Positions 9,748 to 16,956 of a DNA stretch of 64,000 bases are shown here, in pieces. The stretch is from the IMG/VR virus record IMGVR_UViG_3300031993_000021; one strand, 5' to 3'. Position 1 is the stretch's first letter. The number at the start of each line of letters is the position of its first letter. Position numbers and translations under genes: made by a program. This DNA comes from a virus. Its lineage: Duplodnaviria > Heunggongvirae > Uroviricota > Caudoviricetes. A model generated the notes under the pieces. It was not told where the DNA came from. It saw only the letters and a list, made by a program, of their open reading frames with translations, and ran no database searches.

Positions 9748-10906
9748 GTCAATTAAAGTAATGCTACTTCCTAATAATTTTCAAAAAACAAGGCTTCATC
9801 AACACGCGGGAGCAGCAAGATTTCTTTATAACTGGGCGCTTGCAAAAGAAGAAGAGAATTATGAAGCAGGCGGAAAGTTTATTTCTTATTATGAACTTGC
9901 AAAAGAGCTTACCGAGATTAAGAAAACAGATGAGTATGCATGGCTTAATGATATATCTGCTTGTACTTGTCAGGCCGCGATTAAAGATGCTTGTGAGGCT
10001 TATAATAATTTCTTTAAAAAAAGAGCCAGGCATCCAAAATTTAAGTCAAAGAATAGATCGGCCCCTAGTTTTGCACAAACAGATCAGGCTATAGAGTTTA
10101 CTTCTACACATGTTAGACTTAGCAGTTTATCTAAAAGCCTTAAAAGAAATAGAAAAAAACTAAACTGGGTAAGGCTTGCCGAACATGGCAAGATACCAAT
10201 AGATGTAAAACATAGCAATCCAAGGATAACTTTTGATGGCATAAATTGGTGGATTAGTGTAGGAATAGACTATCCGGAAAATGATGTTAAATTATCTGAG
10301 GAGGGATTAGGTGTTGATCTAGGAATAAAAAACCTTGCTGTTTGTTCTGATGATAGCATTTATCCTAACATCAATAAGACTAAGGCAATCAAAGATTTAG
10401 AGAAGAGAAAACGAAGATTGCAACGAAGTATATCCAGGAAATATGAGATGAACAAAAAGGGGGATGAATTTGTAAAGACAAAAAATATAATAAAAGATGA
10501 GAAAAAGTTATTAAAGATGCACCACAGGTTGAGTAATATTAGAAAAAACTATCTGCATCATACATCAAAAGAGATAGTAGAAAAGAATCCAAAATATATC
10601 TGCATTGATGATCTTAATATTCAAAGTATGATGAAAAATAAATATCTTTCAAAAGCATTTCAAGAACAGTCGCTTTATGAATTTTCAAGACAGCTTGAAT
10701 ATAAGAGCAATTTCAAAGGAATTACATTTATCAGAGCAGATAAGGGTTATCCATCATCAAAGAAATGTAGCCTTTGTGGAAGGATAAAGAAGAATTTAAA
10801 GCCTTATCAAAAGACATATAAGTGTGAATGTGGAAATGTAATTGATGTTCATAAGCAAGCTGCACTTAACCTTAAATCTTATGGAGAAAATATTATTGCA
10901 GAATAA
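9740..10906 (+). CDS. tnpB: TnpB (IS200/IS605/IS607-type RNA-guided protein), RuvC triad altered to D/D/H, probably nuclease-dead
   Basis: N-terminal HAGAARFLYNWAL, RuvC-I GVDLG, RuvC-II ICIDDL (usually IEDL), Zn finger CSLCG..CECG, RuvC-III IDVHKQAALNL (usually DRD..AA.NL). Confidence 0.93.
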   Translation: MIKSIKVMLLPNNFQKTRLHQHAGAARFLYNWALAKEEENYEAGGKFISYYELAKELTEIKKTDEYAWLNDISACTCQAAIKDACEAYNNFFKKRARHPKFKSKNRSAPSFAQTDQAIEFTSTHVRLSSLSKSLKRNRKKLNWVRLAEHGKIPIDVKHSNPRITFDGINWWISVGIDYPENDVKLSEEGLGVDLGIKNLAVCSDDSIYPNINKTKAIKDLEKRKRRLQRSISRKYEMNKKGDEFVKTKNIIKDEKKLLKMHHRLSNIRKNYLHHTSKEIVEKNPKYICIDDLNIQSMMKNKYLSKAFQEQSLYEFSRQLEYKSNFKGITFIRADKGYPSSKKCSLCGRIKKNLKPYQKTYKCECGNVIDVHKQAALNLKSYGENIIAE

Positions 10907-11081
10907 AAATATTGTACCGGAAGCTGGTCCGGGAATTTACGCCTACGGAGTGTACTTGAACTTGTTAGTAGACAGCACCACCGTTGAAAGCATACACGAT
11001 GAAGTAGGAATGGAACATATAAGTATATCTTATTATAAGTTTTCAGCCGGGAGTAATCCCTTGCATCTTAAATAATTTGAC
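10907..11081 (+). ncRNA. TnpB omegaRNA scaffold (~10907-11050) plus guide-position segment (11051-11081)
   Basis: directly after tnpB stop; gtaccggaagctggtccgggaatttacgcc...aagttttcagccgg resembles clostridial TnpB right-end RNAs; 5' ccgg..ctg can pair with 3' cagccgg; boundary inferred. Confidence 0.7.
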
Positions 11082-11476
11082 CTTTTAGAAGTATGTAATT
11101 TGGCATAGGTGTAAAGCATATCAAGAAATGAAGTTTTAGAACTGATCTTTTAGAAGTATGTAATTTGGCATAGGTGTAAAGCTCCAATGGTGACAGCTGA
11201 CCTTTTGCAAAATTTTTTAGAAGTATGCAATTTTGCTTAGGTGCAAAGCTCAAGTGTGTTCATCTTTGCCACCAGAACTCTTTTAGAAGTATGCTTTTCT
11301 ATGTAGATGCAAAGCGGGCCACATTGCATCACGGTTTAAAGATATGAAATATTACATAGATGCAAAGCTGGCAGTGTCTTATAAGAAGCTATTTAAACTT
11401 CTAAAGGTATCTAAATTTGCATGGATGAAAAGCGTTTACGATATTGGAAGGAAATTAGTTTACATTGATGCAAAGC
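11082..11476 (+). CRISPR. CRISPR-like mini-array, 36-bp repeat CTTTTAGAAGTATGTAATTTGGCATAGGTGTAAAGC
   Basis: repeats at 11082-11117 and 11147-11182 (identical), 11214-11249, 11280-11315, 11333-11368, 11398-11433, 11441-11476 (more divergent distally); unique spacers of 29, 31, 30, 17, 29, 7 bp; no cas genes in window. Confidence 0.85.
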
Positions 11477-11802
11477 AGTACATGCAAATAATTCAGATGT
11501 AAAGCCTACGTTCTCATGACAAGAGAAATCAATTATTTCTTCTAAATAAGTGCAAAGCAAGTATGGTTATAGTTTTAATGCAAAGCAAATGTATGTATGT
11601 TTTTGATGCAAAGCCAGATCGTTATTTGGGTTGATAATATTTTTAGAAGCTTGATAAACCATACACCAAACTCATTAAAGCAAGCTTCTTTAAATTTATC
11701 AAGATGCAAAGTGTTGATATATTGTTAGCAAAAGGTCAATAGCAAAGTGAAGCATGTAATTGAGTAAAGAGGCAAAGCGGCACAGATATAAGGTTGCAAA
11801 GC
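11477..11802 (+). repeat. degenerate, mostly spacer-less tandem repeat tail of the array
   Basis: repeat 3' motif (GATGCAAAGC-like) recurs ending at 11505, 11558, 11586, 11614, 11681 (weak), 11712, 11748, 11778, 11802; units 24-67 bp, several with repeat-body fragments (aagtatg, gaagcatgtaatt). Confidence 0.7.
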
Positions 11803-11839
11803 TAAAGATGTTCATAAGCGGTAGAAAGAGGGAAGCAAA

Positions 11840-12049
11840 ATGAGTCCAGGAGTAACTAGAATAGTTTTATGTATGCTCAGTATAAATGTTATGATTTTAT
11901 CTTATTTAACACTAAAAATAACCATACAGCAGCGGCGTACACTCTTATTACTTGAAGATATTATAAAAGATAGGAAAAATAATAAATACAGTGAAACACT
12001 TGCAGATATAAAAAATTACCCTGGAGGAAAAAGAAGTGAAAACAAATGA
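11840..12049 (+). CDS. small membrane protein
   Basis: 69 aa, hydrophobic N-terminus. Confidence 0.5.
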   Translation: MSPGVTRIVLCMLSINVMILSYLTLKITIQQRRTLLLLEDIIKDRKNNKYSETLADIKNYPGGKRSENK

Positions 12050-12236
12050 GTTAGATCAGAGAATTGAAAAAGTAAGAAAGAGAGCAGAAGAAAGTAAGGT
12101 TGCATATGAAAGGGCATCCAAGGAATTAAAGAAGCTTATGGATAAAAAGAAATTGATACAAGCAGATGAGATCATGAATGCAATAGCAAAAAGCGGTAAA
12201 ACATACGAAGAAGTTCTTCAATCAATTACTGCATAA
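12036..12236 (+). CDS. small coiled-coil protein
   Basis: 66 aa, GTG start with GGAGG RBS, DEIMNAIAKSGKTYEEVL. Confidence 0.65.
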   Translation: MKTNELDQRIEKVRKRAEESKVAYERASKELKKLMDKKKLIQADEIMNAIAKSGKTYEEVLQSITA

Positions 12237-12347
12237 TCAGCAAGATAGTGTTCAAAATATGCAATGTTTAACTGTGTAAAATATGCTACTATTATTTCAG
12301 GTGGTAGCGGTTCCCTTGATAGTAATTGATAGGGAGGAACGAAGCCG

Positions 12348-12452
12348 ATGAATTATATCACAGTAATTATTGCAATAATAAACTGTTTGATTAATATAAT
12401 CGGGCTTGTTCTCAAAATTATAGAGAATAAGAAAAATAAAAATCGCTCCTAA
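12348..12452 (+). CDS. type I toxin-antitoxin toxin peptide (34 aa; not in ORF track)
   Basis: MNYITVIIAIINCLINIIGLVLKIIENKKNKNRS: one TM helix plus basic tail; GGGAGG RBS in a hairpin; 5' gtggtagcggttcccttga pairs with 3' tcaagggtactgctaccac. Confidence 0.8.
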   Translation: MNYITVIIAIINCLINIIGLVLKIIENKKNKNRS

Positions 12453-12515
12453 CCCTGCGTAAGTTTCGAGCGATTTTTATTGCTTAACTTCAAGGGTACT
12501 GCTACCACTTGTTTA
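12430..12515 (-). ncRNA. antisense antitoxin RNA of type I TA
   Basis: minus-strand promoter TTGAAA-16-TACAAT (about 12520-12547) and bidirectional terminator aaaaatcgctc...gagcgattttt overlapping the toxin 3' end; ends approximate. Confidence 0.65.
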
Positions 12516-12563
12516 ATATATTGTACCACGTAGCGATAATTTTTCAAGTTAGGAAGTGATAAT

Positions 12564-12767
12564 ATGCCAAGAAGTGAAGCAAAAAGACGAGCTGATAATA
12601 AATACAATCTGGCTCATTATACAGTGCTTGGTTGCAAGATGAAGATAACAGAGGCAGAAGAGTTTAAAACGGCCTGCAAGGACTCAGGAACAACCCCTAA
12701 TGCTGTCTTTAGAAAAGCAATAGAAAACTTTATGAAGAATTATAACAGCGGGGTAAAAGATGTCTGA
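12564..12767 (+). CDS. Arc/ribbon-helix-helix DNA-binding protein
   Basis: KRRADNKYN...VLGCKMKITEAEEFKTACKDSGTTPNAVFRKAIENFM. Confidence 0.7.
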   Translation: MPRSEAKRRADNKYNLAHYTVLGCKMKITEAEEFKTACKDSGTTPNAVFRKAIENFMKNYNSGVKDV

Positions 12768-13776
12768 GAATAAGAGTCAATACACTGATAAGATCAATAA
12801 GCTTTTAAATGAAATGCCTGATTTTGTTTCAGATTTTATTTATAACTTTGGCCGGGTTGAGAACTATGCGACTAAACTTGAATATTGCCGGGACATAAAG
12901 ATTTATCTTGAATTTATTGCTAATTATCTTAATGACAATTGCGAAAAGAGTATCAGGGAACTGTCAATAAAGGATGTTTCTAATATAGAGATCCTTGATA
13001 TAAACAGATTTCTAACAACACTTTCAGGAAATCACAAGGAATCAACCGTAAAAAGGAAACGTGCCTCATTATCAAGTATGTACGGATTTTTTGTAGCTAC
13101 GGGTAAAATGTCTCGCAATCCAATTGCAGCTACTAAGACAATAAAGGTTCCAAGTAAAGAGGTTGTTTATTTAACTAACGATGAACAACGGATACTTCTC
13201 AATACTGTAAGGCATGGAACTAAGCTTCGGGACTCAATTGCAAAGGTCCATTATATCTATGCTGATAGAGATTCGGCCATGTTTATATTACTTCTGGATA
13301 CCGGCCTTCGTGTTTCCGAGATGCTTGATACGGATATTATTGATTATAATCTTGAAGAGTGCAGCGTTGTTGTTACAAGGAAAGGTGGCGATACTCAGAT
13401 AGTATATTATTCCGATGAGTGCAGAGATTATCTTAAAAAATACTTTGACGCTCAAAAGACTAAATATGGATTATCAGAAAAGAATTTAAAATTTCCCGCT
13501 TTCACTACTTCTACCGGCAATAGATTGGGAGTACGTGCGGTTGAGATCCTTGTAAAGAAATATGTATCTGTATGCCTTCCGGACAAAACAAAGATAATAT
13601 CACCACACAAATTAAGATCGAGTTTTGCTATGAGTTTCTATGCTGCAAGTGATAAAGACATTCTTCTTCTTAAAAAGAAAATGAATCACAAGAGCATACA
13701 GACAACCAATATATATGCTAAAGCTTCTGATTCGGCTATGAGGGAATCACGGTCAATACTTCAGGGATTAAGATGA
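12760..13776 (+). CDS. XerC/XerD-like tyrosine recombinase
   Basis: TGLRVSEM (R), RKGG (K), SPHKLRSSF (HxxR), MNHKSIQTTNIY (H, Y); N-terminal SAM-like domain. Confidence 0.92.
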   Translation: MSENKSQYTDKINKLLNEMPDFVSDFIYNFGRVENYATKLEYCRDIKIYLEFIANYLNDNCEKSIRELSIKDVSNIEILDINRFLTTLSGNHKESTVKRKRASLSSMYGFFVATGKMSRNPIAATKTIKVPSKEVVYLTNDEQRILLNTVRHGTKLRDSIAKVHYIYADRDSAMFILLLDTGLRVSEMLDTDIIDYNLEECSVVVTRKGGDTQIVYYSDECRDYLKKYFDAQKTKYGLSEKNLKFPAFTTSTGNRLGVRAVEILVKKYVSVCLPDKTKIISPHKLRSSFAMSFYAASDKDILLLKKKMNHKSIQTTNIYAKASDSAMRESRSILQGLR

Positions 13777-13809
13777 CTTGCAAAAGAATAACGATATGCT
13801 ATAATCATT

Positions 13810-13890
13810 AGAAAGAAGTGGCAGGAATGCCCTTGTTTGTATAGCAGAATAAAAAAACCGCTAAACTTGGTTAGGCGGTTTTTTTATTGC
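13810..13890 (+). ncRNA. antitoxin-like small RNA (homolog of the 12.4-kb antitoxin)
   Basis: promoter TTGCAA(13778)-16-TATAAT(13800); aagtggcaggaatgcccttg resembles aagtggtagcagtacccttg; terminator aaaaaaaccgc...gcggttttttt. Confidence 0.55.
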
Positions 13891-14108
13891 TCTTTATCTT
13901 AATGACATTCTCCCTTTAAACAAGGGAGCAATTTCTATCAAAATGTATAAATCATTGTACAAAATGTCTCAATTATTGTATAATAAATATTACACCGCTC
14001 AATAAGGGTAGAACATTAAAGCGCATACAAGATGTGCTATAACGAAGAGAGAAAATCATATATCTAGTCCAGTCACACAAACACATGCATGAAGGAGGAG
14101 GGGATTAC

Positions 14109-14321
14109 ATGAAGCAGGTAGTACTGACGGAGGAAATGATTAATGACATGATGATGAAAGAAATTGAGTGCGGAACACAAATAGACGATAAGAGAGAGTT
14201 GATAGCATTATCCGACATGATTACAGATTTAGAGTCGAAGATAGCAATGGAGTACTACCGAAAAGGGTTTGAGGCAGGATTTAATAAATGCCAAAAATTA
14301 ATCGGGGGGGGTACGGAATAA
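14109..14321 (+). CDS. hypothetical protein
   Basis: 70 aa, strong AGGAGGAGG RBS. Confidence 0.55.
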   Translation: MKQVVLTEEMINDMMMKEIECGTQIDDKRELIALSDMITDLESKIAMEYYRKGFEAGFNKCQKLIGGGTE

Positions 14322-14340
14322 CGTTGATTTATATGCCAAA

Positions 14341-14378
14341 AGAACGTGCAGCTTGATATGCCACACGTTCTTTTTTAT
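14341..14378. terminator. terminator between convergent genes
   Basis: agaacgtg...cacgttct hairpin flanked by A and T runs. Confidence 0.6.
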
Positions 14379-15511
14379 TCCACATTGATTGATTTATGAA
14401 TAAGTCCTGATATTATACTGGTTATACCTGCCTTGTCAGAATCACAGACGAAACATCCCTGTGCACGTATAGGCTTGTTACCACCTTTTTTGATAAGCAT
14501 GTCACCCTTACCATATAGCTTCTCTGCTCCACCTTCATCCAGAATAATGCGAGACTCAATAGCGCTTGATGTGTTAAGGGCGATACGGAAGGGAATGTTA
14601 GCCTTGATAAGTCCGGTGACAACATCTGCCCTTGGTGACTGTGTACCAATGATTAGATGTATGCCACAAGCCCTAGACTTTTGAGCTAGTCTTACAATGT
14701 ATTCTTCAACGTCACGATTCTTTAAGATCAGGTCCGCAAATTCGTCAATTATACACACTTTCCTTGACAATTTATTTCCCTTCTCAATGTAGCTATCAAT
14801 GTCGCTGCATCCCTGCTCTGCAAATAGCTTGTATCTGCCTTCCATACACCTGCACAATCTTTCCAGATAAGAGAACGCGTCATACTCATTACTTATCACG
14901 TTGATGTAAGTGTCCTTATAATCAATGAATTCAGATCCCTTCATGTCAATAACGTCAATAATCGTGCTGATTACACTATCAGTATTCTTGGTAGTGCTGA
15001 ATGTATTGTGCATAAGAAGAGAAGCAATAATAGAATGGATAGTTTCTGATTTACCACTTCCGGTTGTACCAGCAATAAGGATATGCGGAGCCTTGGCAAT
15101 GTCCGTGAAGATAAGTTTACCGTCAAGATCCTGACCAAGGACCACAGAAGTCATGGTTGTACAATCATGAAATTTTTCGGTATAGAGTTTACCGAACGGT
15201 ATCACGTTGAATGTTCCCTGGCGCTCAATAACGATTGTATCCGCAGTCTGGTAGTACGATACGTTATCTGAACGCAGGGCAGCAGCTAGTGTGGACTCAA
15301 TAGCCTTCTTTGCCCGGAGTATCTTCCCGTTAAGTGTGACATCAAGTGGCAGATTGATGATGTATCTAACCACCTGTGCACTTTCCTTAACGTCATTGAC
15401 CTTAAGTCCGTACTGCTCGAATATCCTGTTGATGTTCTCAATGTCCTGTGATTTACCTGAAAAGCTATGATGTGTATAGCTTTTGTTTAGATTTAAACCT
15501 CTGAATGCCAT
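14375..15511 (-). CDS. FtsK/SpoIIIE-family ATPase (no gamma domain, no TM region)
   Basis: PHILIAGTTGSGKS Walker A, IDMKG, CIIDEFADL Walker B, SRACGIHLIIGTQSP, GAEKLYGKGDML. Confidence 0.92.
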   Translation of the reverse strand: MAFRGLNLNKSYTHHSFSGKSQDIENINRIFEQYGLKVNDVKESAQVVRYIINLPLDVTLNGKILRAKKAIESTLAAALRSDNVSYYQTADTIVIERQGTFNVIPFGKLYTEKFHDCTTMTSVVLGQDLDGKLIFTDIAKAPHILIAGTTGSGKSETIHSIIASLLMHNTFSTTKNTDSVISTIIDVIDMKGSEFIDYKDTYINVISNEYDAFSYLERLCRCMEGRYKLFAEQGCSDIDSYIEKGNKLSRKVCIIDEFADLILKNRDVEEYIVRLAQKSRACGIHLIIGTQSPRADVVTGLIKANIPFRIALNTSSAIESRIILDEGGAEKLYGKGDMLIKKGGNKPIRAQGCFVCDSDKAGITSIISGLIHKSINVE

Positions 15512-15527
15512 GCTTTTAACCTTCTCT

Positions 15528-15749
15528 TTATCTATCCTGAACTTGATTTCCTATATAGCTTGCAATGTCTGTTCTGTACTCATTGTGGTAGCTAACTAAT
15601 CTAGCCTTCCGATAAAATCTCAAAAGACCGCTTATTACGTCTGAATTTGAGACTGGTGTATTATTTGAATAGCTTGTGGAAGCTGTAAGAAGCTCTTTTA
15701 AAATGTCCATATCCTCATTAGTAAGAGTGATGCTTATTTTGTTTTCCAT
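15528..15749 (-). CDS. small RHH-like DNA-binding protein
   Basis: KISITLTNEDMDILKEL...SNSDVISGLL. Confidence 0.5.
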   Translation of the reverse strand: MENKISITLTNEDMDILKELLTASTSYSNNTPVSNSDVISGLLRFYRKARLVSYHNEYRTDIASYIGNQVQDR

Positions 15750-15762
15750 GTTTTTTCCTCCA

Positions 15763-16323
15763 TTAAATTTCGTAAACTATGTGATCTTTATCAATATCAA
15801 TCATGTGTCTTCTTTCATCAACACCACGAAAGTAATTGAACTGTGACGTTGACAAGTTAGCAGTATCAGCGAATATCTTTAATCTTTCTGGCGTAAAAGG
15901 TCGGTCCCATTCTGAGAAGTCCATATTGCACCATGTGATAGGATAGTCAGGCAGCAGCTTATCTTCATTATCAAGGTCAATTATCCTTTCCTTCAAGAAT
16001 TCAGGAAGGTAGATAGCCTTAATCTGTTCTGGTGATACCTTATCCGTGATATATTCTGTGTACTTACCCGCGTTAACGTCACAAGAAGTCAACTCATTTT
16101 CAGTCGCAGACTCAATATCAACCTTGAGAAGCGCTAAACCATAGTTGATAAAGCTATTCTTTACTTCCGGGACAGTGGGGGAAAAGAGGTAAACTACATC
16201 TGTTCTGTTATCAGCCCTTTTCCCTTCTTCCCAATTATTATTCTTACATTCATCGAGTGGCAAAATGCCTTTTTCCATGATTGAAATTAAATCAATCAGG
16301 TCAACGTTCTTGTATAAAATCAT
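15763..16323 (-). CDS. hypothetical protein, possible ADP-ribosyltransferase fold
   Basis: ILYK...DLISIMEKGILP...VYLF...LLKVDI...EYITDKVSPEQIKAIY motif order. Confidence 0.45.
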   Translation of the reverse strand: MILYKNVDLIDLISIMEKGILPLDECKNNNWEEGKRADNRTDVVYLFSPTVPEVKNSFINYGLALLKVDIESATENELTSCDVNAGKYTEYITDKVSPEQIKAIYLPEFLKERIIDLDNEDKLLPDYPITWCNMDFSEWDRPFTPERLKIFADTANLSTSQFNYFRGVDERRHMIDIDKDHIVYEI

Positions 16324-16577
16324 TGTTTCTTCCCTTCTTCAACCGATTGACGGTTAAGCTTCATATCTTCTGGATAGAAAATCTCAAGCATGGTTTCAAT
16401 AGGTTCATGCAGTAGATCAGCGAGAAGAAAGAGGTTATCAAGGTCAACCCTGATTGCTTCCTCTTTCACACGCTTGTTAAAATTGCCTTGATTCAATCCA
16501 TGTTTGGCGCAGAAGTTTGCTAAACTTGAATAGCCATGCTTTTTTAGCACTGCGCGAAAACGTTCTTTTCTAGTCAT
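16320..16577 (-). CDS. XRE-like helix-turn-helix protein
   Basis: LKKHGYSSLANFCAKHGLNQGNFNKRVK...LFLLADLL. Confidence 0.7.
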   Translation of the reverse strand: MTRKERFRAVLKKHGYSSLANFCAKHGLNQGNFNKRVKEEAIRVDLDNLFLLADLLHEPIETMLEIFYPEDMKLNRQSVEEGKKQ

Positions 16578-16637
16578 TCAGTCACCTTCTTTAAAATTTA
16601 GTTATTCAACTAATTATATCAGCTTTTCGGCAGCAAG

Positions 16638-16910
16638 TTAACAATTAATTGAATAGATAAAATTATACATTTCTTCCATGTCGCTGATGCAATTCGGTTC
16701 GCTTGTCAATGTTTTGAGATAATCAACAAGCTCAATGTAAGAATTCTGGTCAATGTCGGAGTTTTGTTTCGCCCATATTTTAAGTAAAGCATCCAAACTC
16801 TTCCCGTGTTCCTCAATTGATACCTGATCAAGTTCGTATTTCAATGTATCATTGACCGTGAAGAAGCATCTAACAAGTGATAGAAGTGTGTTATACCTTT
16901 GTCTGTTCAT
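16638..16910 (-). CDS. hypothetical protein
   Basis: 90 aa, GAGG RBS, in leftward operon. Confidence 0.55.
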   Translation of the reverse strand: MNRQRYNTLLSLVRCFFTVNDTLKYELDQVSIEEHGKSLDALLKIWAKQNSDIDQNSYIELVDYLKTLTSEPNCISDMEEMYNFIYSINC

Positions 16911-16956
16911 GTCTATACCTCAATCAACTAGCCCCCGAAGGGAGCTAGTATATATA

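Noticed and set aside
9740-11050. Active IS200/IS605 or IS607 element
   Set aside because: No tnpA (Y1 or serine), no space for a left end (start overlaps the XRE stop), and the RuvC motifs are altered.
11082-11476. Canonical CRISPR-Cas locus
   Set aside because: No cas1, cas2, cas9 or other cas gene in the window; only two repeats are identical.
11728-11738. gcaaaaggtca complementary to 11 nt of spacer 2
   Set aside because: Short, includes the recurring gcaaa motif; cannot be told from chance without folding and covariation data.
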